A stretch of DNA of 63,738 bases, counting the filler. It is 5 parts of 5 records of this genome, joined end to end, with 100 filler letters (N's around TTAATTAATTAA, not from the genome) between each part and the next. Parts side by side here need not be neighbours in the genome. Positions count along the whole stretch, not along the records: positions 33,641 to 58,106 come from SRR2962707_4691; 4 more parts are not named here. One strand, given 5' to 3'. The first letter of the stretch is position 1. Each line of letters opens with the position of its first letter. Below, piece after piece: positions 38,061 through 49,465 of the stretch. Position numbers and translations under genes: made by a program. The notes beneath the pieces are model-generated. The model saw nothing but the letters and a program-made list of their open reading frames with translations. It was not told the DNA's origin and made no database searches.

Positions 38061-38846
38061 CTAGAGATTCTGGGAAACGACGGACGCCATTTCATCCGCC
38101 GCCTGGATGATCTTGGAATTCATCTCATAGGCGCGCTGCGCGGAAATCAGGTCGGTGATTTCCTTGACAGGATCAACGTTGGACGCTTCCAGATATCCTT
38201 GCTGGATATGGGCAAAGCCGGGATCCGCAGGAACACCGACAATCGCGGGACCAGAAGCCACGGTCTCGCGGAACAGGTTGTCGCCGAGCGGCTCAAGGCC
38301 TGCTTCGTTGACGAAATTCGCCAATGTCAGCTGTCCCAGATCCTGCAACTCCACATCATCACCAATCCGAGCCAGGACCTGCCCGGTACGGGAGACCTGA
38401 ACTTCACTGGTTTCGTCAGGGAAGGTGATGCCGGGAACCACGACATAGCCGTCAATGGTCACCAGCTGACCTTCGGCATTGGTGTTGAAGGCACCTGCTC
38501 TTGAGTACTGGGTTTCGCCGTCCGGTGTTTCAATCTGGAACCAGCCGCGGCCAACAAGAGCCATATCGAGCTTGTTCGAGGTGCCCACCAGGCTGCCCTG
38601 GATGTGCAGATTGCGGACTGCAGATGTCTGCACACCAAGTCCGATATGGGCACCTTCGGGCACGATCGCCTGGTTGGAGGCATTGGGGACCCCGGAGTTC
38701 CGCTCAACCTGATAAAGCAGGTCGGAAAACTCGGCACGGGCTCTTTTGAAGCCTGTTGTATTGATGTTCGCCACGTTGTTGGCGATTACTTCAAGATTGA
38801 GCTGCTGGGCATTCATGCCGGTAGCTGCGATGGCCAAAGCCTTCAT
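38061..38846 (-). CDS. flgG: distal rod protein FlgG
   Basis: [43 protein letters not shown]. Confidence 0.97.
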   Translation of the reverse strand: MKALAIAATGMNAQQLNLEVIANNVANINTTGFKRARAEFSDLLYQVERNSGVPNASNQAIVPEGAHIGLGVQTSAVRNLHIQGSLVGTSNKLDMALVGRGWFQIETPDGETQYSRAGAFNTNAEGQLVTIDGYVVVPGITFPDETSEVQVSRTGQVLARIGDDVELQDLGQLTLANFVNEAGLEPLGDNLFRETVASGPAIVGVPADPGFAHIQQGYLEASNVDPVKEITDLISAQRAYEMNSKIIQAADEMASVVSQNL

Positions 38847-38856
38847 GGCGTATTCC

Positions 38857-39201
38857 TCAGATTTGCATACGTGCGATTTCGAGATAAGCAGTGACCATCT
38901 TGTCGCGGATCGCGACTGCGGTCTGCAGCGACTGTTCGGCTGACATGATGGCGTCGACGACTTCACGGGTCGGCACCTCGCCGCGCATTGCGGCAAACGA
39001 CTGTCCTTCAGCAACCTTCAGATTGGTCACGACGCCTTCACCGAGGTTCTTCATCGTCTCGGCAAATGAGCCCGGGGCCGGCGCACCGGCTACCGCCGGC
39101 ATGCCCGGCATTGCAGCGGCGCTGGCCAAATTCGTCTCACGCGGACCACCAAGGCCCGACATACCCGACAGGCCTGACAGGCCAGAAATCTTGTCAATCA
39201 T
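38857..39201 (-). CDS. fliE: hook-basal body protein FliE
   Basis: [27 protein letters not shown]. Confidence 0.95.
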   Translation of the reverse strand: MIDKISGLSGLSGMSGLGGPRETNLASAAAMPGMPAVAGAPAPGSFAETMKNLGEGVVTNLKVAEGQSFAAMRGEVPTREVVDAIMSAEQSLQTAVAIRDKMVTAYLEIARMQI

Positions 39202-39623
39202 TGACCGGACCTCAGCAGTTCGATTGTCATGGAAATCAGCTCCCTGGTTTGCTTCACTGTCTGAAGATTGGCTTCGTAGGACCTGTTGGCCTCACGCATG
39301 TCGGCCAGCTCAACCAAAACGTTGACGTTGGGCAGTTTGACCATGCCCTTGCTGTCCGCCGCGGGATTTCCCGGGTCATATTCAATCGTGAAATTGCTCG
39401 GATCGTCATCGATCTTTGCCACTTCGGCGCGCGTCGCGCCGGTGGCGCGATCAAGCTCCCAGGAGAAACTGATCGTCTTGCGACGGTAGGCGTCTTCACC
39501 AGGCGTGTTGCCGGTCGACTGCGCGTTGGCAAGGTTTTCCGACAGAATGCGCATCCGGGTTTCCTGAACATTCAGGCCCGATGAGGCGATGCGAGAGGCG
39601 AGCGATAGGGGATCAACTGGCAT
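39198..39623 (-). CDS. flgC: rod protein FlgC
   Basis: [33 protein letters not shown]. Confidence 0.97.
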   Translation of the reverse strand: MPVDPLSLASRIASSGLNVQETRMRILSENLANAQSTGNTPGEDAYRRKTISFSWELDRATGATRAEVAKIDDDPSNFTIEYDPGNPAADSKGMVKLPNVNVLVELADMREANRSYEANLQTVKQTRELISMTIELLRSGQ

Positions 39624-39625
39624 GG

Positions 39626-40009
39626 TCAGCGCCTCACAGTCAGGAGCATCATGCGGTGAAAGGCCGTCACCATTCCTGTGTTGAGTTCGTACATGCGCTT
39701 GATCTCTCCGGTCTTGCTCATTTCCTCAGGCAGGTTGACCGAATTGCCCGAAGGCTGCACGTCCACATCGCCGAAGCTCTCGCTGCGAATGGAGCCGCGC
39801 ATTGGGTCTTCCTGAATATGTCCTGGATGGGTTGCCGCCATGCGAGCTTGCGGCTGGGTCTGGTCGAGAACGGCTTCAAAAGCAGCAACGTCGCGGGTCC
39901 CGTAACCCGGCGTATTGGCGTTCGCAATGTTTCCGGCAACAACGGTCTGACGCACGGTGAGCCAGTGTGATTGCTTGGATGCCAGTTCGAAAAGCTGAAT
40001 CGGCTGCAT
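39626..40009 (-). CDS. flgB: rod protein FlgB
   Basis: [29 protein letters not shown]. Confidence 0.96.
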   Translation of the reverse strand: MQPIQLFELASKQSHWLTVRQTVVAGNIANANTPGYGTRDVAAFEAVLDQTQPQARMAATHPGHIQEDPMRGSIRSESFGDVDVQPSGNSVNLPEEMSKTGEIKRMYELNTGMVTAFHRMMLLTVRR

Positions 40010-40040
40010 GGATTTTCCCTGTCCTTAACAAGCCCAGAGA

Positions 40041-40065
40041 CTAGGTCGTTAATCTTGCGTGTGCC
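40041..40065 (-). promoter_or_regulatory. class-II flagellar promoter motif (Rem-type) for flgB
   Basis: Minus strand CACGCAAG-N9-CTAG; same spacing as before fliF, motA and the DUF1217 gene. Confidence 0.65.
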
Positions 40066-40438
40066 TTACGGGGAATTAACCATTCAGTAACGTCCGTACC
40101 CGACGCATGTTCTTCAGGTGATTCGGAGGTATAGCCGGATTGGAATAACGGCACCGTCACGCCAGGTCCGCTGGCGGGAATGACACGGCAGGTTGCTCCC
40201 AAACGGCCAAACGCAGCGAAACTCCGGGAACCTGTCACGCAGCGCAGCGGGGAAACCTTGCGTATGATGAGCTTACTGCACTGCCTCCGGGCTTAACCCG
40301 GATGAGCTGGCTCGATGGCATTGGCGTATCATCCGGGTAACAGGACAATGCTCGAACAACAGGCATTGCGCTCAACGCCATCGCAGGTCGCTCGAGACCA
40401 TCATGTCAGGCGGGAGGCGTGCGCGCAGTCACGCCGGT

Positions 40439-41014
40439 TCAGCGCTGTATGACTTCACCGTTTGATGTGATGATCACCCACTGACCTTCGCGCTTTTCCA
40501 AAGTGGCAAGGCGGGAATTGTCGGGCAGGACAGAGCCGATGCGAACAATGTACATGCCCGAAGTGTCCTCGATGAGCGCCCTTCCGTTGGCAACATGCAA
40601 GAGCTTGTAGCGTGGTTTGCCGGGAAAGCTCTTGTTGGGATCAACCGTTGTTGCGGGTCCTGCGCCATTCAGTTCGTCGCCGAGATTGGATACCGTCGCA
40701 GTGGTGATCGGATCAAAGGCCGACGGTTCTGCGGCGCCGTCCTTTTCATCGGGAATGGCAAGCGGCGATACGTTGACGACAGAACGCCCGCCGATTTCCG
40801 GCAAGTCGCGGGTTTCGGTGTAGCCCATGGGAGCAATGCCGAAGCTTTCCTGGTTGAAGAAAACGTACCAAGGGAAAAAGGCGGCAGCCGTTGCCAACAT
40901 GAAACCGGCGACTGCCACCAAGCGATCGCTGTTGCGACGCGGCGAAGCCTTGCGGACAGGAGCTTCTTGTTCGCTCTCTACGGCTTCGATCTCGGCTTTT
41001 TTTGCATCGGTCAC
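40439..41014 (-). CDS. conserved rhizobial flagellar-locus membrane protein
   Basis: AAFFPWYVFFN TM, LLHVANGRALIED, GSVLPDNSRL; between fliI and flgB. Confidence 0.8.
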   Translation of the reverse strand: MTDAKKAEIEAVESEQEAPVRKASPRRNSDRLVAVAGFMLATAAAFFPWYVFFNQESFGIAPMGYTETRDLPEIGGRSVVNVSPLAIPDEKDGAAEPSAFDPITTATVSNLGDELNGAGPATTVDPNKSFPGKPRYKLLHVANGRALIEDTSGMYIVRIGSVLPDNSRLATLEKREGQWVIITSNGEVIQR

Positions 41015-42399
41015 TGTTTCGTCCTTTCCTTGGCGGGCGATGACACGGGCAAACCAGCCGCAGCCTTCATTGCATCCGCGAGTTCGGCAAATGCATCGGC
41101 GCTCGGAGGTTGTTCCGGCGTCTGCCGCAATGTTTCGTAGATCACCGGCGTTTGCTTGATCGCCATTTCGAGTTCCGCATCAGATCCTGCCCGGTAGCCG
41201 CCTATCAGCCGCAAGTCGCGGGTTTCCTCGAAACGATGGATCAGGGCTTTGAGACGCATCACCAGCTTTTCCTCATCGCCACGCCAGGCTTTGCGGGCAA
41301 GACGGGAAATCGAGGTCAGCGGATTGACCGGCGGATAGCGGCCTTCATCTGCGAGCGCGCGATCGAGCACGAGGTGGCCATCGAGAATGCCTCGGGCGGA
41401 GTCCGCCACCGGATCATTGTGATTGTCGCCGTCCACCAGGATCGAAACAATGGCGGTGATTGCACCTGCGCCTTCCGGTCCAGGTCCGGCACGCTCGAGC
41501 AATCCCGGCAGAGCGGTAAAAACAGACGCCGGGTAGCCACGGGCGACTGGAGGTTCACCTGCGGCCATGCCGATTTCACGTAGCGCATGCGCGTAGCGCG
41601 TCAGACTGTCGACGATCAGAAGCACATTTTCGCCGGCGTCCCGGAAATGCTCCGCAATCGCCATGGCTGTCAGGGGCGCGAGTTTGCGTTGCATCGGGCT
41701 TTCATCGCTGGTGGCAACCACGGCAACGGTTTTTGCCATGTTGGGACCAAGCGTGTCCTCGATGAATTCGCGAACCTCGCGGCCACGTTCGCCAACAAGC
41801 GCTACCACGGCGCGATCAAAATCCGCAGCCTTTGCAAACATCGACAGAAGCGTGGATTTTCCGACGCCTGAGCCGGCAAAGACACCAAGCCGCTGGCCCT
41901 GGCACATCGGTGTGAAGACGTCGACGACCCGGATGCCCGTCTTGAGAGGTTTATCAACCCGCTGGCGCAACATCGATGCAGGCGCAGCTCCAGTCACCGG
42001 GCGCGGTTTCGCGCCTTGTTTGAGCGGCCCGAGACCATCTACCGGATTTCCGAGCGCATTGATGGTGCGGCCGCACCAGCTCTTGTCGGGTGACAGACGG
42101 AACGGACCGCGCCGCCAGACCCGCTCGCCGATATTGGCCTGCGACGCTCCGTCAACCGGACAGGCGATCAACTCGTCCGGCCCGAGACTGACGACCTCGG
42201 CCAGCTTGGCTGTCTCGCCCTGGCGGAATGTGAGGAAGTCGCCAATCCGCACATGCCGGGACAACCCGGCGACGACGCAATGGCCAGGCGCAACAGATGT
42301 GACAGTGCCCGATATATCGTAGGCGCCTTCCGGACTGGAAAAGCTGCGCACGCTATCGGCAAGCCTAGCCAACCCTGGCCGCCCACTCATTGTGTGCAA
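41011..42399 (-). CDS. fliI: flagellar export ATPase FliI
   Basis: GQRLGVFAGSGVGKST, GERGREV, DSLTRYA, GILDGH. Confidence 0.97.
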   Translation of the reverse strand: MHTMSGRPGLARLADSVRSFSSPEGAYDISGTVTSVAPGHCVVAGLSRHVRIGDFLTFRQGETAKLAEVVSLGPDELIACPVDGASQANIGERVWRRGPFRLSPDKSWCGRTINALGNPVDGLGPLKQGAKPRPVTGAAPASMLRQRVDKPLKTGIRVVDVFTPMCQGQRLGVFAGSGVGKSTLLSMFAKAADFDRAVVALVGERGREVREFIEDTLGPNMAKTVAVVATSDESPMQRKLAPLTAMAIAEHFRDAGENVLLIVDSLTRYAHALREIGMAAGEPPVARGYPASVFTALPGLLERAGPGPEGAGAITAIVSILVDGDNHNDPVADSARGILDGHLVLDRALADEGRYPPVNPLTSISRLARKAWRGDEEKLVMRLKALIHRFEETRDLRLIGGYRAGSDAELEMAIKQTPVIYETLRQTPEQPPSADAFAELADAMKAAAGLPVSSPAKERTKQ

Positions 42400-42445
42400 A
42401 TCTCCAAGGACACAGATCGACTATGCAACAGATCCCTGATCAATA

Positions 42446-43171
42446 TCATCGACCGCTGCCCAATGTACGGATCGCTTCCTTGAAGACGTCCTCGGTTGCC
42501 CTCGTCATGGCCGAAATATTCTCAAAGGCACGCGAGATCATGATCAGGCGGCTCATCTCGGCCATTGCGTTGACGTTTGAATTCTCGATATATCCCTGCA
42601 CCAGACCGGCGCTATCGGCATCAACAACGGGTTCCGGCGGAATTGTGGGGACAATGCCGAGCGAAGCTTTGCGGCTGAAACCGTCTCTGAAATCAGCCTC
42701 GAACAGGCCGATCGCCCCGCGTCTGAAACCATCCTGGGTCAGACCGCCATCCCGCCCAGCCTTGGGTGGCTCGCCATCGGGGTCCAATTGAATTGGGGCT
42801 TCGCCCGGATCCAGCACGGGAAATCCGTCGACGTTGACCAACTCACCTGTGGCCGTGAGGGTAAAGCGGCCATCACGGGTGAGCATATTGCCGGTGGGCG
42901 TTTCGATCATGAACCAGGCGTCGCCGCGAATAGCGAAATCGAACTGACTGCCGGTGCTCTTGAGACCGCCATTGGCCGTTGTCAGATAATCCTGCCCCTG
43001 GTCGACGAAGGAGACGTCCGTCGAACCGGTATTGGCCAGCACCTCGTTGAACTTGACTTCTGTCGCCCGGAAACCGGTTGTGTTGGCGTTGGCGACATTG
43101 TCAGCCAATGTCGTCAGGCGGCGTTCAAGCGCAATCTGCGATGATAGCGAAACGTAAAGCGAACCCTGCAT
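42446..43171 (-). CDS. flgF: rod protein FlgF
   Basis: MQGSLYVSLS, NVANANTTGFR, LTRDGRF, YIENSNVN. Confidence 0.95.
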   Translation of the reverse strand: MQGSLYVSLSSQIALERRLTTLADNVANANTTGFRATEVKFNEVLANTGSTDVSFVDQGQDYLTTANGGLKSTGSQFDFAIRGDAWFMIETPTGNMLTRDGRFTLTATGELVNVDGFPVLDPGEAPIQLDPDGEPPKAGRDGGLTQDGFRRGAIGLFEADFRDGFSRKASLGIVPTIPPEPVVDADSAGLVQGYIENSNVNAMAEMSRLIMISRAFENISAMTRATEDVFKEAIRTLGSGR

Positions 43172-43953
43172 CAGCGGCCCCCGAGTTTGAGATTGTTGAT
43201 CGAGAGCATCAATTCCGGCGAGATGCCGAACCCGGTCGAAGAACCGAGCAGCAAGCTTGAGCTGGCCGATCCGCCTGACGGGTTGTCGAGTTCCCAAAGC
43301 GCGGTGAACCGCTGCATGAAGAGGTTAAGCTTCTCAGGATCCTTGAAGTCCTCGATGTCGAGGCGTGCATTGAGCATATCGGCCTGCTTGTCGATATCGG
43401 ATGCGGCAATCTCGGCAGGAATGCCGAGCGCGGTGCGCACCACTTCGTACAGAGCAGTATCGGCAAGAATGCCATAGGCGGAATCGAGCGCGGGCGCGGT
43501 TCGCTCGAAATACAGCGCCAGACGAACACCGGTGTTGTCCTGGCCTGCCTCTTCCTCAAGCGACAGCCGGTGATACTTGTCCACCGTGCCTTGCTGCGCC
43601 TTGGCGAAGATCGTTGCGGTTTCGCCGTTGCGCGCGAAATTGTAGGTCTCGGCGAATTCCTTGTACTTGGAATCTGCAAGCTGGTTGGCGAAGGCATCAT
43701 CGTTGTCGACACCTTCCGTCAACACCTTGCGCATGAACGCCTTGGCGTAATTCATGTCTTCAAGCCCATGTGCCTTCATGGCGTAGTTGAAGAGGCGCGT
43801 GTCGGACATGAATTCGTCGACCGATTTGATCTCGGAAATGCGCTCGAGATAATACTCGCTTTCCCGTGCAATCTGGGGTTGGCTGGCAATCCGCTCGATG
43901 GATTTCGGAATATCTCGAGCGATAAGATTGTAGCTGGTGTAAGTTGATGTCAC
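43171..43953 (-). CDS. DUF1217-type flagellar protein (orf38-like)
   Basis: YAMKAHGLEDMNYAKAFMRKVL, GVRLALYF; GTG start with GAGGGG RBS; upstream of flgF. Confidence 0.85.
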   Translation of the reverse strand: MTSTYTSYNLIARDIPKSIERIASQPQIARESEYYLERISEIKSVDEFMSDTRLFNYAMKAHGLEDMNYAKAFMRKVLTEGVDNDDAFANQLADSKYKEFAETYNFARNGETATIFAKAQQGTVDKYHRLSLEEEAGQDNTGVRLALYFERTAPALDSAYGILADTALYEVVRTALGIPAEIAASDIDKQADMLNARLDIEDFKDPEKLNLFMQRFTALWELDNPSGGSASSSLLLGSSTGFGISPELMLSINNLKLGGR

Positions 43954-44028
43954 CGGATGCCCCCTCTTGTTCAATAGGGCACATTGTGCGGTTTCATAAC
44001 CGGCACAGCCCAAGAAGCCTGTCCCGGA

Positions 44029-44118
44029 TTAGGCCAGCTTGCTTGTGCGAAGCTGAAGGTTGCAGGAGGCTATTCATCAAGCGGGCAGATTCAGCTTCAC
44101 ACAAGGCTCAAGCCGTAG
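44029..44118. promoter_or_regulatory. back-to-back class-II promoter motifs for the DUF1217-flgF-fliI and motA-fliMNG operons
   Basis: Minus TTCAGCTTCGCACAAG-N9-CTAA (44029-44057); plus TTCAGCTTCACACAAG-N9-GTAG (44090-44118). Confidence 0.7.
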
Positions 44119-44155
44119 TGATTGTTTTGCAAGTCATTTACTGCGGCGGGGCACC

Positions 44156-45034
44156 ATGAATATTATTATTGGTTTTGTTATTACGATCGGCTGCGTGCTC
44201 GGCGGGTTCATGGCGATGGGCGGGCACATTGAAGTGCTCAACCAGCCGTTCGAACTGCTGATCATCGGCGGCGCCGCGATCGGGGGGTTCATCATGACGA
44301 ACCCGGTCAAGACCATTAAAGATACGATGAAAGCCATGGGCGAGGCCTTCAAGGGCAAGGTTCCCAAGGAGCGCGAATATCTCGACACGCTGAGCATTCT
44401 CTATTCGCTGATGCGAGACCTGCGGACGAAGAGCCGCAACGAGATCGAAAGCCACATCGACAATCCGCAAGAATCCGAGCTGTTTCAATCAGCGCCGACG
44501 ATCCTGAAGAACACAGAGCTCACCTCGTTCATCTGCGATTATGTTCGCCTGATCATCATCGGCAACGCCCGTCCGCATGAAATCGAAGCCCTGATGGACG
44601 AAGAGATCCAGACAATTGCGCAGGATCGGCTGAAAGCCTATCACGCCATGAGCACCATGTCTGACGCCTGCCCGGCCATCGGGATTATCGCGGCTGTTCT
44701 GGGCGTGATCAAAGCGATGGGCGCGATCAATGAATCGCCGGCTGTGCTTGGCGGGCTGATCGGCGCCGCGCTTGTTGGTACCATGCTCGGGATTTTCCTC
44801 TCCTACTGTGTCTTCAGCCCGATCGCCACGAACATCAAGATCGTGAGAACCAAGCAGAACCGGCTCTACACCATCGTCAAGCAGACCCTGCTGGCCTACA
44901 TGAATGGTTCGGTTCCGCAGGTTGCTCTCGAACACGGCCGCAAGACCATCTCTTCCTATGAGCGCCCATCCATTGATGCGGTCGAGCAGGAAATGATGAA
45001 TCCTGGCGGCGGCGGCGACGCAAAGGCGGCTTGA
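44156..45034 (+). CDS. motA: flagellar stator MotA
   Basis: [45 protein letters not shown]. Confidence 0.97.
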   Translation: MNIIIGFVITIGCVLGGFMAMGGHIEVLNQPFELLIIGGAAIGGFIMTNPVKTIKDTMKAMGEAFKGKVPKEREYLDTLSILYSLMRDLRTKSRNEIESHIDNPQESELFQSAPTILKNTELTSFICDYVRLIIIGNARPHEIEALMDEEIQTIAQDRLKAYHAMSTMSDACPAIGIIAAVLGVIKAMGAINESPAVLGGLIGAALVGTMLGIFLSYCVFSPIATNIKIVRTKQNRLYTIVKQTLLAYMNGSVPQVALEHGRKTISSYERPSIDAVEQEMMNPGGGGDAKAA

Positions 45035-45038
45035 TCCC

Positions 45039-45992
45039 ATGAGCGTAGCAACCGAGATTCAGCAGTCATCAAACCCCCAAGGGTTTAATCCGGACCTTCT
45101 GGACCGGATGATCGGCGTCAAGGGAAATGGCGCCGACATCGGCTCGAAAAGCCAGACCTTGCTCAACGCGCTGGGGCCTGTCCTTACGGCGACCTTCTTG
45201 AGCGCGACAGGCGTGACGATCGATGCCCGCCCGGGCGAGATCAAATTGGGACGCCGGCGGGAGCTGCTCACCGAATTGAGCGGCGATACTGTCTATTGCG
45301 AAGCAACAATCGCAAACTGGTCATCCGACATCTGCAGCCTGTGCGGCACCAAGCTGATCATCGGCATGGTCGAGTGCCTGCTGGGCGGTTCCGATCCTGA
45401 CCAACTCGATATTGCTGCACGACCACTGTCAGGTATCGAACTGGACATGTCGCTGGTGGTCTTCGAACAGCTCAATGACAGCCTGCGCAGCCTGGTTTCG
45501 AGCAAGCCCGACGCCAAGGCCAGGGCAAAGAACCCGCACCCCGAGCATCCTGAGGAAGAAGATGATCCGATTGCGGATTTTCATGCGGTAGCACTCACTC
45601 TGGATATTGAATTTGGTTCGGTCGCGGCTCCCTTGACGCTGATCCTTCCGCAGTCAATTCTGCTCAAAACCAAGCTAAACCCGGCCAAACTCGACAAGAA
45701 GACGGACCCGAACAAGGGCGAGTGGACGGAACGGTTGAGCGATCGCGTTTCCAAATCACAGATCAGCCTGCAGGCAGCAGTGGCTTTGCAGCCGCTGGAG
45801 CTCGGTGAAATCAGCCGTTTGCAACCCGGCGATCTGATTGCCTTTGCCCACAATGGCGATATCGAAGTGACCCTGAGTGCAAACGGGCAGCCACTGTACA
45901 CTTGCGCCCTGGGCCGAGCGGGCTCACGCTATATGGTCAAGGTTGAAGGCCAGGCCGGACCGGACGAAAACTGGAAAACTGATTTTAAATGA
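45039..45992 (+). CDS. fliM: motor switch protein FliM (rhizobial type)
   Basis: ECLLGG, RPLSGIE, C-terminal SPOA (LQPGDLI); synteny motA-fliM-fliN-fliG. Confidence 0.88.
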   Translation: MSVATEIQQSSNPQGFNPDLLDRMIGVKGNGADIGSKSQTLLNALGPVLTATFLSATGVTIDARPGEIKLGRRRELLTELSGDTVYCEATIANWSSDICSLCGTKLIIGMVECLLGGSDPDQLDIAARPLSGIELDMSLVVFEQLNDSLRSLVSSKPDAKARAKNPHPEHPEEEDDPIADFHAVALTLDIEFGSVAAPLTLILPQSILLKTKLNPAKLDKKTDPNKGEWTERLSDRVSKSQISLQAAVALQPLELGEISRLQPGDLIAFAHNGDIEVTLSANGQPLYTCALGRAGSRYMVKVEGQAGPDENWKTDFK

Positions 45993-46049
45993 GATGGCCC
46001 GGGAGCTGCATGGCAGGCTCCGGGCAAGCTTCAGACGGGATAAAGCTAC

Positions 46050-46748
46050 ATGGCTGGCGATAAAGCACTAGATGGCATTGAAGATCTTACGGCGCAGGAC
46101 GACAGCGCGATAGATGACGCTGTTGATGGCCTTCGCGATGTATTGAAAAAAGATACTGGCATGGAGCCGGATCTCACTGAAGAAAGCGTGGATGGTATGG
46201 GTGGCGCAGCAGCCTTTGGTTCCGATTTTGGCGCAGACTTCGAAGACGACACTGCGACCGACGATCCCTTCAACATCGGCGAAGACGCTGCGGACACGTC
46301 TGATTTCGGCGCGGTCAGCCTCGACGCGCCCGGGCTAGGCGCCGACTTCGGCGGTGATTTTGGCGCAGCACCGGACCTCGATGAGCCTGCTTTCGGTGCA
46401 CCGAATGGCGGAAAATCACTGGTTCAGGATTTCGGCGGAGCACCGTCATCCAATCCAAGCGTCAAGATCGGCGCCAGCGGCACTGCCAATCGGGTAGACT
46501 TGGTTATGGGCATTCCGATTGACGTGCAGATTATCCTTGGTTCGAGCCGTATGGCAGTTTCCACATTGATGAACCTTTCCGAAGGCGCGACCATCGCGCT
46601 GGACCGGAAAATCGGAGAACCTGTGGATATCATGGTCAACGGCAAGCTAATCGGTCGCGGAGAGATTACTGTACTGGAAACCGACGACACAAAATTTGCT
46701 GTCAAGATAATCGAAGTCATCGGTGAACCGCAGAAGAAGTCGAACTGA
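46050..46748 (+). CDS. fliN: motor switch protein FliN with long acidic N-terminal region
   Basis: [32 protein letters not shown]. Confidence 0.93.
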   Translation: MAGDKALDGIEDLTAQDDSAIDDAVDGLRDVLKKDTGMEPDLTEESVDGMGGAAAFGSDFGADFEDDTATDDPFNIGEDAADTSDFGAVSLDAPGLGADFGGDFGAAPDLDEPAFGAPNGGKSLVQDFGGAPSSNPSVKIGASGTANRVDLVMGIPIDVQIILGSSRMAVSTLMNLSEGATIALDRKIGEPVDIMVNGKLIGRGEITVLETDDTKFAVKIIEVIGEPQKKSN

Positions 46749-46749
46749 T

Positions 46750-47796
46750 ATGACCAGCTATGATGAGTTCACCCCCGAAACCACCGAAGGCAGCACCATT
46801 CTGTCGCCATCGGAAAAGGCCGCAGCGGTGCTGCTCGCCATGGGCAAGCCGGTGGCGGGCAAACTGCTGAAATTCTTCGAACACGAAGAACTGCAGGAAA
46901 TCATCAAGAATGCCCAGAACCTGCGGACCATCAAGCCGCAGGAACTGATTGAACTGGTCAATGAATTCGAAGATCTGTTCAGCGAAGGCGCTGGCCTGAT
47001 GGACAACGCCAAGGCGATGGAGGGCATTCTCGAAGAAGGCCTGACGCCTGACGAAGTCGACGGGCTCTTGGGACGCCGCACCCAGTTTGCCAGCTATGAA
47101 ACATCGATCTGGGACCGGCTTCAGGACTCCGATCCGGATCGCGTCGGTACATTCCTGCAAAACGAGCACCCGCAGACCGCGGCCTACATTGTCTCGATGC
47201 TGCCGACCGCATTTGCCGGGCGCACCCTTATGAAGCTTCCCGAGAAGGTTCGGGTCGACATCGTCAGACGTGCGGTTGATCTCAAAAACGTCAATCCGCG
47301 GGCAGCAGAAATTATCGAGGCCCGGGTCAGGGATCTGGTTACCGCCATCGAAGAGGAAAAGGCCAGCACCGGTTCGGTCAAGGTGGCCGAGATCATGAAC
47401 GAGCTGTCAAAGCCGGACGTGGAATCACTGCTCGGCGCACTCGAAACGGTTTCGAAATCTGCCGTCGACAAGGTTCGTCCGCGGATCTTCCTGTTTGATG
47501 ACATAATGCTGATGCCGCAGCGCAGCCGCGTCACGCTCTTCAACGACATATCGGGAGATATCATCACGACCGCGCTTCGCGGCGCTGAACCGACCCTGAC
47601 GGAGTCGGTTCTCTCAGCCATTGGCGCGCGTCAACGCCGCATGATCGAGTCGGACCTGTCAGCAGGGACTGCCGGCGTCAGCACACGTGAAATCGCTGTC
47701 GCCCGGCGCAGCATCGCCCAGGAGGCCATAAGATTGGCCGGACTTGACCAGCTGACGCTGCGTGAAGACGCACCCGCCGAAGCTGCAGCGGCTTGA
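46750..47796 (+). CDS. fliG: motor switch protein FliG
   Basis: EKAAAVLLAMG, EHPQT, IFLFDD, RQRRMIE. Confidence 0.95.
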   Translation: MTSYDEFTPETTEGSTILSPSEKAAAVLLAMGKPVAGKLLKFFEHEELQEIIKNAQNLRTIKPQELIELVNEFEDLFSEGAGLMDNAKAMEGILEEGLTPDEVDGLLGRRTQFASYETSIWDRLQDSDPDRVGTFLQNEHPQTAAYIVSMLPTAFAGRTLMKLPEKVRVDIVRRAVDLKNVNPRAAEIIEARVRDLVTAIEEEKASTGSVKVAEIMNELSKPDVESLLGALETVSKSAVDKVRPRIFLFDDIMLMPQRSRVTLFNDISGDIITTALRGAEPTLTESVLSAIGARQRRMIESDLSAGTAGVSTREIAVARRSIAQEAIRLAGLDQLTLREDAPAEAAAA

Positions 47797-47808
47797 GCCT
47801 GAGCTGAT

Positions 47809-48900
47809 ATGGCTGAAGGCGAAGACAAAGACAGCAAAACAGAAGACCCAACAGAGAAAAAAATCAGAGACGCGGTGGACAAGGGTAATGTGCCCTTCAG
47901 CCGAGAAGTCCCGATTTTTGCGTCGACGCTTGGAATGCTGGTCTTTCTGGTCTTCTTTCTACCCAACAGCGTAGGGCACTTCACCGAAACATTGCGGGAC
48001 CTGTTCGAGCAATCAGATGGATGGCGGCTTGATAATGGCGGCGACGCCGTTGCCTTGTTCCAGCTGTTGTTCTGGGAGGCCAGCGGCATCCTCCTGCCGG
48101 CTTTCGCCCTGTTGATGGGATTTGGCATATCCGCTTCGGTTCTGCAGAACATGCCAAGCCCGGTGCTCGACCGGATCCAACCCAAACTGGAACGTATCTC
48201 GATCACCAAGGGCTTCGGCCGCATATACGGCGCCAAGGGCTTTGTTGAATTCGGCAAGAACATTTTCAAGATCGTAGCCGTTTCCACGTTTGTAGCCGTT
48301 GTCATGCAGACGGAGTATTTCCGCTCGCTTGACTTCATGTTCATGGACCCGACGCTGGTCGCGCCCGACATGGCGCGGATGGCCGGGAAGGTCGTTGTCG
48401 TCGTCCTGATCTGCACGGCAACACTGGCTGTCCTCGATCTCTTGTGGACCCGCTACAGCTGGCACCAAGACCTGAAAATGAGCAAGCAGGACATCAAGGA
48501 CGAGCTGAAGCAGTCTGACGGCGACCCGATCGTCAAGGCCCGCCAGCGGTCGCTTGCCCGCGACCGTGCTCGACGCCGGATGATTTCAGATGTTCCGCGT
48601 GCCACGCTGGTGATTGCCAACCCAACCCACTTTGCGGTCGCCTTGCGCTATGTCCGCGAGGAAGGCGGCGCGCCGATTGTCATTGCAAAGGGGCAGGATC
48701 TGATCGCTTTGAAAATTCGTGAAGTCGCAGAAGCGAACGGAATTCCTGTTTTTGAAGACCCACCGTTGGCCCGCTCCATTTTTGCGCAAGTCTCAGTGGA
48801 TAATTTCATCCCGCCAGTCTTCTACAAGGCAGTCGCCGAATTGGTGCACCGCATTTATTCAACCAAACCTAATTCCAGAACTCCGGACGTGCGATCATGA
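47809..48900 (+). CDS. flhB: export switch protein FlhB
   Basis: [32 protein letters not shown]. Confidence 0.97.
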   Translation: MAEGEDKDSKTEDPTEKKIRDAVDKGNVPFSREVPIFASTLGMLVFLVFFLPNSVGHFTETLRDLFEQSDGWRLDNGGDAVALFQLLFWEASGILLPAFALLMGFGISASVLQNMPSPVLDRIQPKLERISITKGFGRIYGAKGFVEFGKNIFKIVAVSTFVAVVMQTEYFRSLDFMFMDPTLVAPDMARMAGKVVVVVLICTATLAVLDLLWTRYSWHQDLKMSKQDIKDELKQSDGDPIVKARQRSLARDRARRRMISDVPRATLVIANPTHFAVALRYVREEGGAPIVIAKGQDLIALKIREVAEANGIPVFEDPPLARSIFAQVSVDNFIPPVFYKAVAELVHRIYSTKPNSRTPDVRS

Positions 48901-49349
48901 AGCAGAATCCATTTTCCGCCGAGCAGGAAAAGATCATCGCGGATGCTATTTGCACAGTCGCGAGCGAATTGCGCCTCATTGACGTGGCTGACCTGATCGC
49001 GATGCTGCGCTTTGAGCGGCATGGTGATCTGGCTGATCTCGTGGCTTCGGCTGCAGAGATGTATTTCCTGCCCGGAACCGTCAAGCTTGGCATTGGTGGC
49101 GATTATTATCTGGACTGGGGCGGACAACCGCGCGTGGTTCTGGACCTCGAAATCCGTCCCAAAAAAGTGACTATCTATGCACGTCTGGTGCTGGAACAGG
49201 ACTGCGGCGGCATTGAAATCAACCACATCAATTTTGACGAACCACTGGAAAATCCGGAAGACGATACGCTCGTCCTGGCGGAAAGCCTGCGTGCAGCAGC
49301 ATTCCGCCCGTTTGTTCCAGCGATTCATGTAGCTCCGCCGGCCGCTTAA
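48897..49349 (+). CDS. conserved hypothetical protein of rhizobial flagellar clusters
   Basis: ATGA overlap with flh[25 protein letters not shown]. Confidence 0.75.
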   Translation: MKQNPFSAEQEKIIADAICTVASELRLIDVADLIAMLRFERHGDLADLVASAAEMYFLPGTVKLGIGGDYYLDWGGQPRVVLDLEIRPKKVTIYARLVLEQDCGGIEINHINFDEPLENPEDDTLVLAESLRAAAFRPFVPAIHVAPPAA

Positions 49350-49373
49350 ACCTGAAGCGCTTAAACCTGAAGC
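49343..49373. repeat. 15-bp tandem duplication (CGCTTAAACCTGAAG x2) over the stop codon
   Basis: Direct reading. Confidence 0.85.
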
Positions 49374-49465
49374 AAAGATGGATCGCTGAGTGGACGGCCT
49401 TATAAAGTTTTGGGTCGCTGGGTCGGGTATCCCAGGTCACTGAAGCAGCATCGCGTCAGGGATAG

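Noticed and set aside
49343-49373. 15-bp tandem duplication as a regulatory site
   Set aside because: It lies between convergent gene ends and is most simply a slippage duplication.
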